Shown here: piece after piece, positions 37,161-51,270 of the stretch
How positions within the stretch are numbered: the first letter of the stretch is position 1
Layout of the letters: each line of letters begins with the position of its first letter
Origin: Octopus sinensis
Lineage: Eukaryota
Assembly (NCBI RefSeq): GCF_006345805.1
Contig: NC_043003.1
Coordinates: 66,774,001 to 66,838,000 of the forward strand
Reading direction: 5' to 3'
DNA length: 64,000 nt
Program-made: the position numbers and the translations under genes
The notes under the pieces: model-generated
Databases searched by the model: none
Seen by the model: only the letters and a program-made list of their open reading frames with translations
What the model was told of the DNA's origin: nothing

Positions 37161-37730
37161 CTGTGAAAGACACATATAATTGTATTCAGGCATGAATTGG
37201 ATTTTCAAACATTGAATAATATTTAATATTTCATATTTTCAACAATCAGCGTCGTACCGTTTGAGATCTGTTGTTCTCAGCGAATACAACTCGACTGACA
37301 TCTATTATAACCTTGCAGAAGACGATAAGAATTATAATAACAACGAAGAATATAAAGAAAATTCGTCACACCAACAAACGAAGAAAAGACACGTGTCTGA
37401 CATATCATTCAAATTAACTGAACTGTAACGTTGCTACGAATCTCCTGTTCAACACAGCAAAAACACAGTGTTAGCCAAGTGAAGCGTTATTAGTTAAAGA
37501 CACCGCCAGACGTGGTCTGTTTGGTTTTGAAGCGCAAGACAAGTATTAATGAAGAGTAACTTGGAAATAATCAATGGCCCACAACTATACAAGAGACTGA
37601 TTCAAGTAGAAACTACAAATAGATTTACAAAGACACATTATTGCAACAAAAGAAATTATACTTTTAATGCCGGCTGATATATTTAATTGAAGGTATGAAT
37701 GCATATGTGCGTACGTACGTATGTATATAC

Positions 37731-37765
<35 letters not shown>

Positions 37766-37874
37766 CTCACATACATACATACACACATACATATATACAT
37801 AAATTTATATATATATATATATATTATATATATGTATGTATATATATATACATACATACATACATATATGTATG

Positions 37875-37938
<64 letters not shown>

Positions 37939-38589
37939 AAATATATATATTCATGTATATATGTATATGTATTTTTATTCATTTGTAGACGTATAGATGT
38001 ATGTATATATACGTACGTATATATATATATATAGAAAGAGAGAGAGAGAGATAATATATATATATAGATGTATGTATGTTTTGTATAAAACTATATATAT
38101 ATATGTGTGTGGGGGGTGTATATACAGTTTTATAGAAAACTTATATCTGTCTATACACACACACACACATACATACACACACACACATACACACATGTAA
38201 ATATTCAGACTGGGGGAGAGGGGAAGGGGGGAAGAGAGGGGAAGAGCGTGGGGCCGAGGGAGGAGACATGTTTTATGTGTTTGTATTTGTAAGCTCACCA
38301 ATGAATTTTTTTTTTTAAATTGCAAAGTAAGTAAAATAACAAATATCTGAAAACAAATGTATTATATATGATGAAATCAAATGAAATTCCAAAGTAAACT
38401 TGTATTCCATTGATAGCTGGATAAATCTATAACAATCCAGGCACTTACCAACTTATAAGCAGTTTCTCTAGTCACTGCACTTCTTCATATTGTTGTTGAA
38501 TTGATTGATACGTTGGGGAATTTTCAGTCTTGCTTAGGTTCTCTATCGAGAAAGCCTTCTAAAGACCCGGCTTGAAACTTTTCCCTTAG

Positions 38590-38645
38590 AACCTTCTTCT
38601 TCTTCTTCTTCTTCTTCTTCTTCTTCTTCTTCTTCTTCTTCTTCT

Positions 38646-38692
<47 letters not shown>

Positions 38693-38762
38693 TTCTTCTT
38701 CTTCTTCTTCTTCTTCTTCTCTTCTTCTTCTTCTTCTTCTTCTTCTTCTTCTTCTTCTTCTT
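38590..38762. repeat. (TTC)n microsatellite
   Basis: Direct inspection. Confidence 0.95.
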
Positions 38763-39409
38763 TTAAAATTGATATCTCATAACTCACCCTCCTCTCGATT
38801 CCTGTTTTCCATGTTTTAATCACTAAATGCTTGATTGCCTGAATATGCTCTGCTGAAATTAGAATGCTTCTAATATGCTCATTTATGTTATCGAATACGG
38901 TAAATTATTGAATTAATTGAGTTTTCTGATAAAAAGAAAAGGAAAAGAACATAGCATTTGCGAAAGAAATAGTCAGCCCCTCTAACACGTTTATTTTTCT
39001 GGTATCCTTCCACACTTAGTATAAAGTTTAGCTGTAATGTACTTCAATAAAGTATTGTCTGCTATTAACACTCATGGCATAGTTGAAAGCAGGAGCATCA
39101 GAAAATAAGAAGCCACGGAATTCGGTGGGAGGATGGCGCATTATTTGCAGTTTGGAGTTCTGACAGTGGGTGAGTGCAGCACAAAAATGAAAGAGATCAG
39201 TGAAACAGCAACAGTCCAGTGCAGGTGTGCCTTCTCATTGGAAGAACTCAAAGAATTAAAACTGTAGAGAACACTCATCCATCCATCCATCCATCTATCC
39301 ATCCATCCATCCATCCATCCATGCATACATACATACATACATACATACTTACATACATACACACATGCACACATAGACACATATACACACATACATACAT
39401 ATACCGCAC

Positions 39410-39935
39410 CTACCTAAAACGTAAACAAGGCGATCCAAAATACCTTTGAATGTCGCATCATATCCCTTTGGCAACATCGTTTAACCACCAAGCGTCGAAG
39501 TTCATCCCTTGACTAAGTTTGCGTACATAAAACTGATAACATAATAAGACTTGGAAGGCAGCACCTTAAGCAACACTCCTTTGATAACCTAGAGTACATG
39601 CCTAAAGAAGTCGCATGACTTTACCGCAACATATCATCAGATGGAAGGATGAGCCTATATGAGCAGAAGACTATGCATGGATATGTTAGTAGAAAGCTCC
39701 GAGATGTTAGTAACATTGATCATCAAAGCAGTTTATAATGGACGAATAGCCGGATTACTACCGCCATCTTTGAAGGGTATGCGTTTGCAATCCAGGAATA
39801 GGAAATATCACCCAAGTACCTGATGCACAAAAGGAATAGAGTGCGGGAAAAGCCGTAAAATGTGACAACCGATGCAGACTTTGTGGAGTTCATCCCACTG
39901 TTTCTATCTTACATCACATCGTTTACATGAAAACG
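39410..39935 (+). pseudogene. Old R4-clade LINE relic (post-RT region to Zn knuckle)
   Basis: EQKTMHGYVSRKL...FEGYAFAIQE*EISPKYL...CDNRCRLC, with stops. Confidence 0.65.
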
Positions 39936-40044
39936 CATTCTATACGAAACGCAGCAACTTCCAGGGCTGGCCCTGATTTCTATTGAAAATCCGTTGCGAT
40001 AAACTTAAAAGTGAGAATATCGCATAACTAACAAAAAAAGTAAG

Positions 40045-40232
40045 GTACAGTATTCTTTTCTACTCTAGGCACAAAGCCCGTAATTTTTGGGGAGTGGGGT
40101 GGGGCAGTCGATTACATCGACCCCAGTACGCAACTGGTACTTAATCTACCGACCCCGAAAGGATGAAAGGCAAAGTCGACCTCGGCGGAATTTGAACTCA
40201 GAACATAAAGACAGACTGCCAAGATTCTGCCA
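40045..40232 (-). mobile_element. SINE family A (alternative tail)
   Basis: Core plus tail TATTCTTTTCTACTCTAGGCACAAAG. Confidence 0.85.
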
Positions 40233-42174
40233 GCTAAGATTCTGCCTTTGAAATATATATTATCACCTCCCTAAACAACAGTACATTTTCAAATTTATTT
40301 AGCATTTGTGTATCGTATGATTTCACCCTAATGTTATTATCTAGGTTACGAGAACGATAGTGAGACAATTGTCTTATGTAATGTATTATGTGTTGCGAAT
40401 GAGCACTCAAAGAAGCATATATTGTCTCTTGTAGCTACAACATAAGAAGTGGTGGGCGAATGTACTTCAGCAATTCCCATATCGATTAAATCTTCTTGAG
40501 ATGTCATCATAAATGGTATAAGCAGCTGATACAAAATGTCAGTATGCAGCACTAACTTAGTATGCAGTACAACATCATTGTGAAAGCAATATGTAAAGAC
40601 ATATGTAGGAAAGATTCCACAGGGAGAAATACAAAACAAGTTTTCTGTCGTTGTCTGTATTTATAACATTCAACATGAGAAATTGCTGGGGTAGTCTAAT
40701 TAAAATTTCTGTCAAAGGTGTATGCAACAAGCATGAACAGAAAGAAAAAAAGTCATGTAGACGTGTAGAATTCATCTTCTTAGCAGATGTCACCATTTTA
40801 TTTATAAATCCGCCAAAAACATCTATTGACAACTGTTTCAACATATATAATTGCGATTCCCAGACTATTAATTTTCATACACACCTGTATTACGTGGTGC
40901 ACAGGATTACATTGCAGTATACTTAAGTAATAACCTCGAAAAAAGCTGGAAGTTTCAGGCAAAGACGAGATCATGAAATAAACGAATTGTTCTCCCAGGA
41001 AACACACCAGTCATTAGCATAGCCACGTTTGAATCTGTGGAAACGTTTTATGAATAGATATGCAAGACATCGTTTTGATTTTAGCTTTTCACCGTGCATA
41101 TATGATTTATTATCGGTTGGCAGATATCAGCCCGGATCAGCAAGCAATTATTTTCGTTGAAATTATAAACTAGATTGCTTGCCCTTGTTAGAGTCATCAG
41201 GCTGGGGTACCTCTTTCTGACGAAACAACGATATTCAAACACAGGGAGTTCCAGAGTCCCTTGCGATAGTGACCCGATAGTGTTATGAACGCACATTTGT
41301 TGTAAAGAAGTTGTACTGTAACAAAGCCCAACAGCTATTAGCATATTCATGTTCGAATCCATCAGAGCATTTTAAGACTAAACTCACTGTTCACCGAGCA
41401 TATCACGATTTACCATCTTACACATTTTTCAAATTCACTCTCTTAGTAGAAAAGCGAAAGTATGGTAGAATTTTGTAGGATTCTGAATGCAACACTATGC
41501 TGTTGTAATCTATACTTTTATTCTTAGAACCCATCACCATTTTTCACAGAATTAATCTTAATTCTTCTGTTAGTATGCATATTAGAGATTTTGCAGCTCA
41601 CCTAAGAAATACTTGCGTGTGCGCATGAATGTGTGTGAATGTAGTGTGTGAGTGTATGTAAGTGTGTTTGCGCATGTGTATAAGGTTTAGCTACGGATTC
41701 AATAAATATTAAAACAAATCCCTGTTTGGAATAATAATATTTTGAAATATAAGATAATTTTAAGGCGAAAAGGTACCCGAAAATCAATATTTCTATACGT
41801 TAACATAAAGGTAAGTACTTTTATCTGGATGCCAATCCGTGTTTCAATGATATCTCGTGCAATATAAATGTTTATCAGCAGAAAGACAAAGAGCGATATT
41901 CTATCACGCTGTCCAAGAGGAAAGGCAGAGAGGTACGAATGCAGCCGAATTATTGACAAAAGTTCATAGTTTTTCTCTCTGTAGAATACCTTAGAGGATC
42001 CATTGAGCCTCCAATATAAATTTTAAGCATTGCATATAAAATGCATCAAAACACACCAGTGTTTCCACAAGTATAACATGTATATGTTTTATATTAAATG
42101 TTTTAGCAGGTGCTAAATGAATATGAAAATGTACTGTTGTTTAGGGAGGTGTTAATATATATTTCAAAGGCAGA

Positions 42175-42390
42175 ACCTTAGCTGGTAGAATCTTGGCACG
42201 CCGGGCAAAATACTTAATGGCATTTCTCCCGTCTCCATGCTCTGAGCTCAAATTCCGCCGAGGTTGATTTTGCCTTTTGTCCTTTCTGGGTCGATAAAAT
42301 AAATACAAAATCCTGGAGTCGATGCAAATGATTAGCACCCAGTCGCGAAAATGCTGGTCTTGTAGCAAAATTTGAAAGTAGTATAGAGAA
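42175..42390 (+). mobile_element. SINE family A, diverged
   Basis: Head, B-box and core recognisable. Confidence 0.75.
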
Positions 42391-42523
42391 AGCTGAGACG
42401 AATGGACAAGTGAAAACAAAATGCTATATATATTCATATATATTCTCTAGTGAGAAATATACCGAGAAATGCATAACCAGTAATACATATATTCAGAATA
42501 TCTTGAAAAATAATAACCACATA

Positions 42524-42767
42524 GACGAAATACCTGTTTCTTTACTACCCACAAGGGGCTAAACACAAAGAGGACAAACAAGGACAGACAAACGGATTAA
42601 GCCGATTACATCGACCCCAGTGCGTAACTGGTACTGAATTTATCGACCCCGAAAGGATGAAAGGCAAAGTCGACCTTGGCGGAATTTGAACTCAGAACGT
42701 AACAGCAGACGAAATACGGCTACTCATTTTGCCCGGCGTGCTAACGTTTCTGCCAGCTCGCCGCCTT
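42524..42767 (-). mobile_element. SINE family A (young)
   Basis: Near-identical to 23233-23470. Confidence 0.9.
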
Positions 42768-42769
42768 GA

Positions 42770-43328
42770 GTGAGAAAAATATTGGCTTCAAAGCTGAATG
42801 CCAGAAACACAATTTCGGCAATAAACTTGCGCGCAATCGCAGTAGTTCGTTATGACTCTGGAATCCTGACGTGGACAGAATAGGAGTTAAAAGAAATGGA
42901 CAGGAAGTCAAGAAGGCTCCTAACGTTGCATGGAACCTATCATCCACGTGCAGGCACTGATGACCTAAACATGAAGAAATCAAATGGAAGAAGGGGACTG
43001 ATAAGTGTGGAAGACTGCGTGCGTATCGAACTCGAGAGCTTAATGAGATACTTAGCCCAGAGTAAAAAAACCTTGCTAGTGGCAGTTAGGAACAAGGGAG
43101 TATTGAGAGCAGAGGGAAAAGGAAGAAGTAGAAAAAGGAATTGAAGAAGAATTTCTCAAGAAGGGACTACACATTCAATTCCATGAAGCCACAACAGAAG
43201 TTGCAGGAAAAAATAGGTGGGATTGGCTAATGAAAGGAACATTAAAATAAGACATGAGACCACTATACTGGCAGCGTAGGACTAAGCTTTGACCACGAAC
43301 TGGAGGGTCAACCTGAGAAATGAGCAAG
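42770..43328 (+). pseudogene. R4/Dong-type LINE fragment (RT thumb region)
   Basis: KILASKLNARNTISAIN...MDRKSRRLLTLHGTYHPRA...GRRGLISVEDCV. Ends in CTCTCTCACTC(AAT)n. Confidence 0.8.
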
Positions 43329-43357
43329 TGTCTCCGCTCTCTCACTCAATAATAATA

Positions 43358-43404
<47 letters not shown>

Positions 43405-43494
43405 AATAACAATAATAATAATAATGATAATAATAATAATAATTATAATAATAATAATAATAATTATAATATTAATAATAATAACTTTTTAGCA

Positions 43495-44892
43495 GAAGAA
43501 AGTATGTCGATTGGAGGACGGACGTGACAGCATACGGAAGAAGTTTAGAGACTGTAGAAATTAGGAGGGGCATCATCCAAGGGGCCTACCTGTCCCCACT
43601 GATCTTTGTGATGTGCTTGATACTACTGACTGATTCTGAGGAAAGCAAAAGCTGGGTATGTATTCAAAACCCGCCAACAAAAAGTCAACCATTTGTTATT
43701 CATAGATGACCTCAAAAATCATAGTAAAGATAAAACCCAAGTCTATCCCCTCGTTGAGACAGTGTATACCTTCAGTGCTGATATCAGTAGACGAACTAAA
43801 CAGCTTAGACAGAAAGACAAGGAAGTTGCTAACTATATATGGGACACTCCACCCAAAAATTGACACAGACAGAGTATATGTACCAAGAAAAAGAGGAGGA
43901 AGAGGACTTATTGGATGCGAACACAGCATTAGAGCAGAAGAAAACAACATAGTATGGCATGTGAAAATACCACAGAACCGTTATTATTAGAAGAAGATCA
44001 GACTTATGTAGGATGAAAGATTGCAAAGATAAAGCACTGTACAAGCAATTGAAATCGAATGAAACAGAAAATAGGTGGGTAAAGAAAGAATGCATGGACA
44101 ATTTCATAGGGATGTTGAAGATAAGACCGACAAAGAAAAAAGATGGCTGTGGATAACTAAAAGTGATTGAAAACCGGAAACGAAGGCTCTAATATGTGCT
44201 GCCCAAAACAAGGGCCAACAACAGACTTTATAATACACAAAACAGACAACTCATCAGAAAGTGAAAAGTTCAGAATCTGTAGACAAAATGGTGAAACCGT
44301 ATGGCATATTACCAGCCAATGTACGCCACTAGCCCAGAAGGAATATAAGAGACGCCACGACAATATAGCCAGGCTTGTCCATTGGACACTTTGCAACAAG
44401 TATGGACTTGACATAGCAAAAAATTGGTACGACCACAAACCCGAAGGCATCGACGAAAATAAAAATGCAAAGATCCTATGGGATTTTATGATTCAGTGCG
44501 ACCATGAGATAGAAAATAGGAAGCCAGACATAGTCTTAATTGAGAAAGAACACAAACCATGCTGGATCATAGATATAGCATGCCCAGCTGACAACCAGTT
44601 ATGCGATATGAAACAAAGAAAAGTTGAGCGATATAAGAGGTTAGCTTGGGAAGTTAAGCAGTTGTGGTGGGTGAAAAAGTTAGCCCTGGAAAACACTGAG
44701 CAAAAATCCTGAGAAGCACGTGGAACAAATAGGGACTGCAAAAAGAGTGGAGCACTGGCAGAAAACAGCACTGCTTGGAACCGTTCGAATACTCCGGAAG
44801 GTGCTCGAAAATTAAGATATGTTAACTTAGTTCACTTGTAGTGAACAGCTGACACCAGAGTACATCTCCAGCATTAGAAGCTGTGCAAAGGC
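43495..44892 (+). mobile_element. Decayed, internally deleted R4/Dong-type LINE (RT core, Zn knuckle, REL, 3'UTR, TAA tail)
   Basis: IRRGIIQGAYLSPLIFVM, HLLFIDDLK, RVYVPRKRGGRGL, CRICRQNGETVWHITSQC, RRHDNIARLVHW, KPDIVLIE...IIDIACP, KTALLGTVRILRKVLEN*. Frameshifts and stops. Confidence 0.9.
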
Positions 44893-44967
44893 AATAATAA
44901 TAATAATAATAATATTAATAATAATAATAATAATAATAATGATAATAATAATAATAATAATAATAAC

Positions 44968-45010
<43 letters not shown>

Positions 45011-45042
45011 TAATAATAATTATTATTATTATGATCATTATT

Positions 45043-45126
<84 letters not shown>

Positions 45127-45128
45127 TT
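44892..45128. repeat. (AAT)n followed by (ATT)n, a self-complementary microsatellite pair
   Basis: Direct inspection; polarity switches near 45018. Confidence 0.9.
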
Positions 45129-45303
45129 ATATCATACATGTACGTGCGTAATGAGAATAGGTGAGGCCGAAAGCAACAACTCGGCATCAGAATAACGAGA
45201 GTCTCTTTGTGGTTTATATCACAGCTAGCTAACCAGACAGCTGAAATATAAATAAGAGGCGACTTCACTGAAGATCTGTACACCAAAAGATGATAGATGT
45301 TCC

Positions 45304-45350
<47 letters not shown>

Positions 45351-45789
45351 ACTAAATCTAATACTGGCCGAGCCTCTTAAAACAAGGTTTGTTAAAAGAG
45401 TGATGTTGCTTTTAAAACTAGCGTTTCTATTAAAGAAAGTGAAGCTCAAAAGAACATCTGGGATTAGAAATAAATTTTCTGAGAAATGCCGCTCTGAAAA
45501 CCAAATTATTCATCCTATGATGTACAAGTTAATCAAAATAAAATTTACTTTTGACAGGATACAAGTCTTCAAGTTTGTAAGCAACTTGTCAGAAAGGAAA
45601 GATGTAAACCGTTCAAAAGGGCTCGACATCTTATTTCTACATATTTAGTAAACTCATGGGGATCGGAAGGGAAATGTCGAATATGAAGTACTGTACGAGC
45701 TGGTGTATAAGGTGTATCCATGTTTTACAAGTATATTTTGTGGAAAAACAAATTTAGTATGTTTCACCATAGGCGCAGGCTGTGTAGTA

Positions 45790-46376
45790 ATAAGCGAGTT
45801 GGCAGAAATGTTAGCACGCCGGGCGAAATGCTTAGCGGTATTTCGTCTGCCGTTACGTTCTGAGTTCAATTTCTGCCGAGGTCGACTTTGCTTGTCATCC
45901 TTTCGGGGTCGATAAATTAAGTACCAGTTACGCACTGGAGTTGATATAATCGACTTAATCCGTTTGTCCCCTCTGTATGTAGCCTCTTGTGGGTAGTAAA
46001 GAATTAGGTATTTCGTCTGCCGTTACGTTCTGAGTTCAAATTCCGCCGAGGTCGACTTTGCCTTTTATCCTTTCTGGGTCGATAAATTAAGTACCAGTTA
46101 CACACTGGAGTCGATATAATCGACTTAATCCGTTTGTCTGTCCTTGTTTGTCCCCTCTGTGTTTAGCCCCTTTTGGGTAGTAAAGAAATAGGTATTTCGT
46201 TTGCCGTTACGTTCTGAGTTCAAACTCCGCCGAAGTCGACTTTGCCTTTCATCCTTTCGAGATCGATAAATTAAGTACCAGTTACGCACTTGGGTCGATA
46301 TAATCGACTTAATCCGTTTGTCTGTCCTTGTTTGTGCTCTTTGTGTATAGCCGCTTGTGAGTAGTAAAGAAATAAG
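45790..46376 (+). mobile_element. SINE family A with three tandem core+tail units
   Basis: One head, then units starting GGTATTTCG at 45837, 46007 and 46191. Confidence 0.9.
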
Positions 46377-46770
46377 AAGCTTTCTTCCCAGCGGCATGGT
46401 TCCGGGTTCAGTCCCACTGCGTGACACCTTGATTAAGTGTCTTCTACTATAGCCCAAGATCGACCAAAGCCTTATGAGTGAATGAAGTAGATGGATGGAA
46501 ACTGAACGAAGACTGTCTTGTATGTGTATATGCACTCGTGTGTATTTGCGCGCATGTGTGCACGCGCGAGTTCTGTGTTTGTCGCCTAGCACCGCTTGAC
46601 AACCGGTGTTAGTTTGTTTACGTCGCCGTATTCTAGGGTTCGACAAAAGAACTGGAAAAAATAAGTACCAGGCTTTAAAATGTGTCCTGATGTCGAATTG
46701 TTCGACTAAAACCCTTTCAGACTGTATCCCGCATGGCCACAATCTAGTGACTGAAGCGAGTAAAAGATAT
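46376..46770 (+). mobile_element. SINE family B
   Basis: Head, body and tail recognisable. Confidence 0.8.
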
Positions 46771-48452
46771 TTTGCAGTGGTTTGACTGGATAAAATGTAT
46801 AATTCCGTTCATGTACATACATTATTGCGACAGCAGTCTGGAATAAAGCATAAAGGCATAAATTTATCCTAAACATACTACATTATCGGACACCTGTATC
46901 TCTTTCTGGTCAACTGCATAATTAATTATATGTTGGTCAAGTGAATTGTCATACTTGAAGCAAAATACGTATTTCTTGTGGTTCTGTTTAATGTAACTGT
47001 TATTGGTCGCCAAGGCAGCGCACGACTTTCGTTGTTATTCACTCATTGCAAATAACTGGCAGGCAGACGAATGTTTGTTAATATATCAGTCATCTTTCTA
47101 GAAGAACTTTCGTCTAGATCAATGGTTCTGAACCATATTTTGCCAGGGTCCCCTCTGATTTTGTTTCTATTCCGATGGACCTCAAAGCCATTAGATGTTT
47201 AAAAAATCCTACAAAGACACAAAGATATACATAGATACAGACAGACACACGCGCGCACATCCACACGCTCACACACATACACACAAACACACACAAACAT
47301 ACATGAGGGGCTTCAACACAATTTCTGTCGACGAAATTCACTCATAAAGTATTGGTTGACCCAAGGCTATTGTGGATGAAACTTACCCAATGTGCCTCGC
47401 AGTGGGACTGAACTCGCAAACACATGATTGCAAATGAGTTTTTTAACCACACTGTCATACCATTTATATATTTGTTTCGTAAGTGTTTTGACGTAATTCC
47501 TTCTCTAGAAATAGATATTATTGTTTTTCTAGACGGTCATTGTGCCATTAGAATCACACGCACTATTACAGTGTACTTCGTTTCAACAGTGGTAATTCTC
47601 TTCTGTAATTCACTTTCTAATTAATGAGCTACTTAATTAATTAATTACTTAAGCTCATTTGTTACACAACACCTCTTTCTGCAACTGAGCCTTTTATGCT
47701 TTATATCAAAACTACAGGACACATGTTTGGCAAAAAATTTAGTCTTAAACCGCATTTTGAAACTGAAGCAATAGCAACAGGAAAATTATTTTCACCATTT
47801 AAAAATACACATAAATATATATATCTGTAGAGGCACATGACCTTGTTGTGATGATGGTGTTGAAGATGATGACGGTGGTGTTGGTGATAACGACCGACGG
47901 CAACATGATACGATGATTTCAGTTGCTGCTAGCTGAAGTACAGATAAAATATGGTTATTATGTATTAGTCGAAGTGGTGTCCTCATCTTGACTGTTGCTT
48001 TTGCTACATCTTCCAGTGTCCTGCGATTCACCTTAGTGCCTTACCTTGGGATTGAACTCAAAACTTATAAGTAACAGCACTGCATTAACCAGGGACTTTA
48101 GCCAATACATTATGGCCGTAGGCAGTGTCAAAGTGAATTGTTAAGCTTTATAAACCTGCATTGATGTCTTATGTCGGTTCCTTACCGATTGGATAATGCA
48201 GAACTGTAATATGGTTATTGTTGATGAATATGTTTATTTTTTATCTCTTTGAGGTGAGAAAGCTTCTATAAATTATTGGATGGGTCACCTCTACATATCG
48301 ACCAACTACCTGCCTGTGTCATTTAGGATTAACGGGATCAGAGCTGACCTCGAGTCATCATTTAAGAGCATGTAACCGCAATCGATTGCTTTCTTGCTAG
48401 AAAACCCAAACATCAATCAACTACTACATGTTAACTATTGCTGCTGCTGCCG

Positions 48453-48490
<38 letters not shown>

Positions 48491-49800
48491 GCTACTACTA
48501 CTACTACTACCATTGCTGCTGCTGTTGCTGCACTTCACACTTCCTTTATCACTAGAAACATGAATCATATTACAACCACCATTGTGGTAATATTCATAAT
48601 CATACTTACCCTCAGCCTTACCCTCGTTATCTTCGTCATCCTTCTCCTCCTTCTCCTCCTCCTCCTCCTCCTCCACCTCATCATCACTCTTGCAGACGTC
48701 GTCGTTGTCGCCGTCGACATCATCATCATCATCATCATACTTGTAGTCATCTTCTTCATGATAATCATAATCTTCTTCTTCTTTCTCTTCTTCTCTTCTT
48801 CTTCTTCTTTCTCTTCTTTTCATTCTCCTTCTTCTCTTTGTTCTTCTTCCTCCACCTCACCACTCCCATTCTCCTCCTCCTCCTCATCGTCATCATCATC
48901 ATCCTTATCATCATAATCGTAGTCATCTTCTTCATGATAATCATAATCATCTTCTTCTTCTTTCTCTTCTTCTTCTTCTTTCTCTTCTTCTTCTTCTTCT
49001 CTTTCTTCTTCTTCCTCCACCTCACCACCCCATCCTCCACCACCACCACCACCACCACCACCACCACCACCACCACCCACCTCAGCATCATTATCGTTGC
49101 TATTGCGGTGCAGATTTCCAACAGTTATGCGCTAAAATCACTTAGATTTCCTGCCCCCGCTCCGCCCACGCCCACACCCCCACATACACCAAACACTATA
49201 TATGAAATAGATAGATAGGTGAATGTTTTATCAAATTTATCGCTATGGTTTATTGATGATAATACACGACGCTTCTCATAATGTTATATTGATATATTCC
49301 GAAATTTCCTTTGATAATTGACGAACCATTATGGCCGCCATTGTTACATTCATACTGACAGCGTTTATATCAACCATTGATGGCGACGAAATACAATCGG
49401 TTGATTCGTGGATTGATGGTAATTAGAAAGGCAAACATCGGTTTTAATACAGTAATCATGATGCCGGTTTAGTGCGGTTTATGACAATCATGTGATCTCA
49501 TAAGCTAGTTATGAAAATGTGAGATGATAAAATAAAGGCATGATTTTAAAGGTTATGCAAAGAGTGGCATGTACACGCATGCGCACATGCACACATGCGC
49601 ACTTGCGCACGCGTACGCATACACAGATATTCTCTCTCTCTCTCTCTCTCTCACGCGCGCGCACACACACATACACATGCACACACACACACAAATACAT
49701 TCACACACATACACGCATGCACAAGCATATATCCAGGTCGGATGAAACGTGTTAAGAATGAATACACGCATCGTCAGAGGCGTGCGTCGGTATGCGGGTG

Positions 49801-49839
<39 letters not shown>

Positions 49840-49925
49840 CGTCTCCAACACCAGTCACAACCACCACTACTACTACTACTACCGCCACAAACACTACCAA
49901 CAATAACACAACTACAACCTCCATG

Positions 49926-49971
<46 letters not shown>

Positions 49972-50671
49972 TTATCACCCTACTACTACAACCACCACCA
50001 CTACTACAAACAATGGTACGAATACGCACACGCATTCTCACACATACACACACGTCCAAGTCTATTGGAACGCTTTAAATATCAATTCCTCGCAACATTA
50101 TATGCGTGTGTGTGTGTGTGTGTACGTGCGTGTGAGTAAGCATGCGTACACACACACACACACACATACACACACGCACAGGCACACACGCACAGGCACA
50201 CACCGATTCTCTTTCATGTCAGATCTCAGCACGTATGATTATGTTCACTTTGACGATTCTATCCGTGCAACACATATTGTTGACAATTACTGAAGCACAT
50301 GGCAATGACGGGGATATTTACGTGGACGCTCGATCTGCTAAAAAGAACAACCACATCTCCCTCAAGACATAACCATCTACCATTTAAAAAGATGACACTT
50401 ACCCAATGTGCCTCGATATTGTTACATTCGATATTGCAATATCAGCTGAACCATGTGTAAAAATATAGGAATGGCACAGATAGAATTGGTTTAATCAGCA
50501 TCAACAATATTCGAGTGTATGAGACATTTTCCCGCAGCCGCTTTGGTGCCGCCAATGTGGAGTCGCTGATTCAATGCAGACTTATTTGTGTGTGTATATG
50601 TATGTGTGTGTAAGTGCGTATACGATACACTTTTCAAGAGTTAACATCCAGCCTGAGTAATTGTCTAATCT

Positions 50672-51085
50672 TTATTTATGTCCTTCATTTGTTTCAGTCA
50701 TTGAAGTACGGCCATGCTGGGGCACCGCCTTCAAGAATTTTAGTTGAACAAATCGACCCCGACCCCGCTACTTACTTTTGATTTTCTTTAATGCCCAGCA
50801 CTTATTCCATCAGTCTCATTGCCCCGTCCCACCATTAAATTACAGTGACATACACAAACCAACACCGGTTTCCAGGCGGTGATGGGGGGGGGGGCAAACA
50901 CAGACACCAGGACTCTCTTTCCCATACACTCACACATAATTTTCAGTTGCAGTTTTTGTCTATCAGTTCCACTCACAAGGCTTTGGTCGACCCGGGGCTT
51001 CAATGAAAGACATCTGTCCAAGGTGCCACGCAGTAGGATTGAACCCAGAACCATGTGGTTAGGAAGCAAGATTCTCACCACATAA
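50672..51085 (-). mobile_element. SINE family B
   Basis: Tail GCCATGCTGGGGCACCGCC and head GAACCCAGAACCATGTGG in reverse. Confidence 0.8.
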
Positions 51086-51270
51086 AAGAACCTGTGTCTA
51101 ATATCTGTCTCCATTAAGTGTTTTCTATCGTACTCTTTCCAATACTGTTGTTTTAGAACCGTATAACAAGTTACTTGGCCGTAAAGAGTTATTTCTCATT
51201 TCGACCCATTATTCCAATTTATTTTTTATTTAATTCTTGGGATTAGTCACTCAACATTAGAAGGAATTTT

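Noticed and set aside
47531-47589. Small exon TVIVPLESHALLQCTSFQQ with Ig-like look
   Set aside because: The Cys-Trp spacing is wrong for an Ig domain and no partner exons were found.
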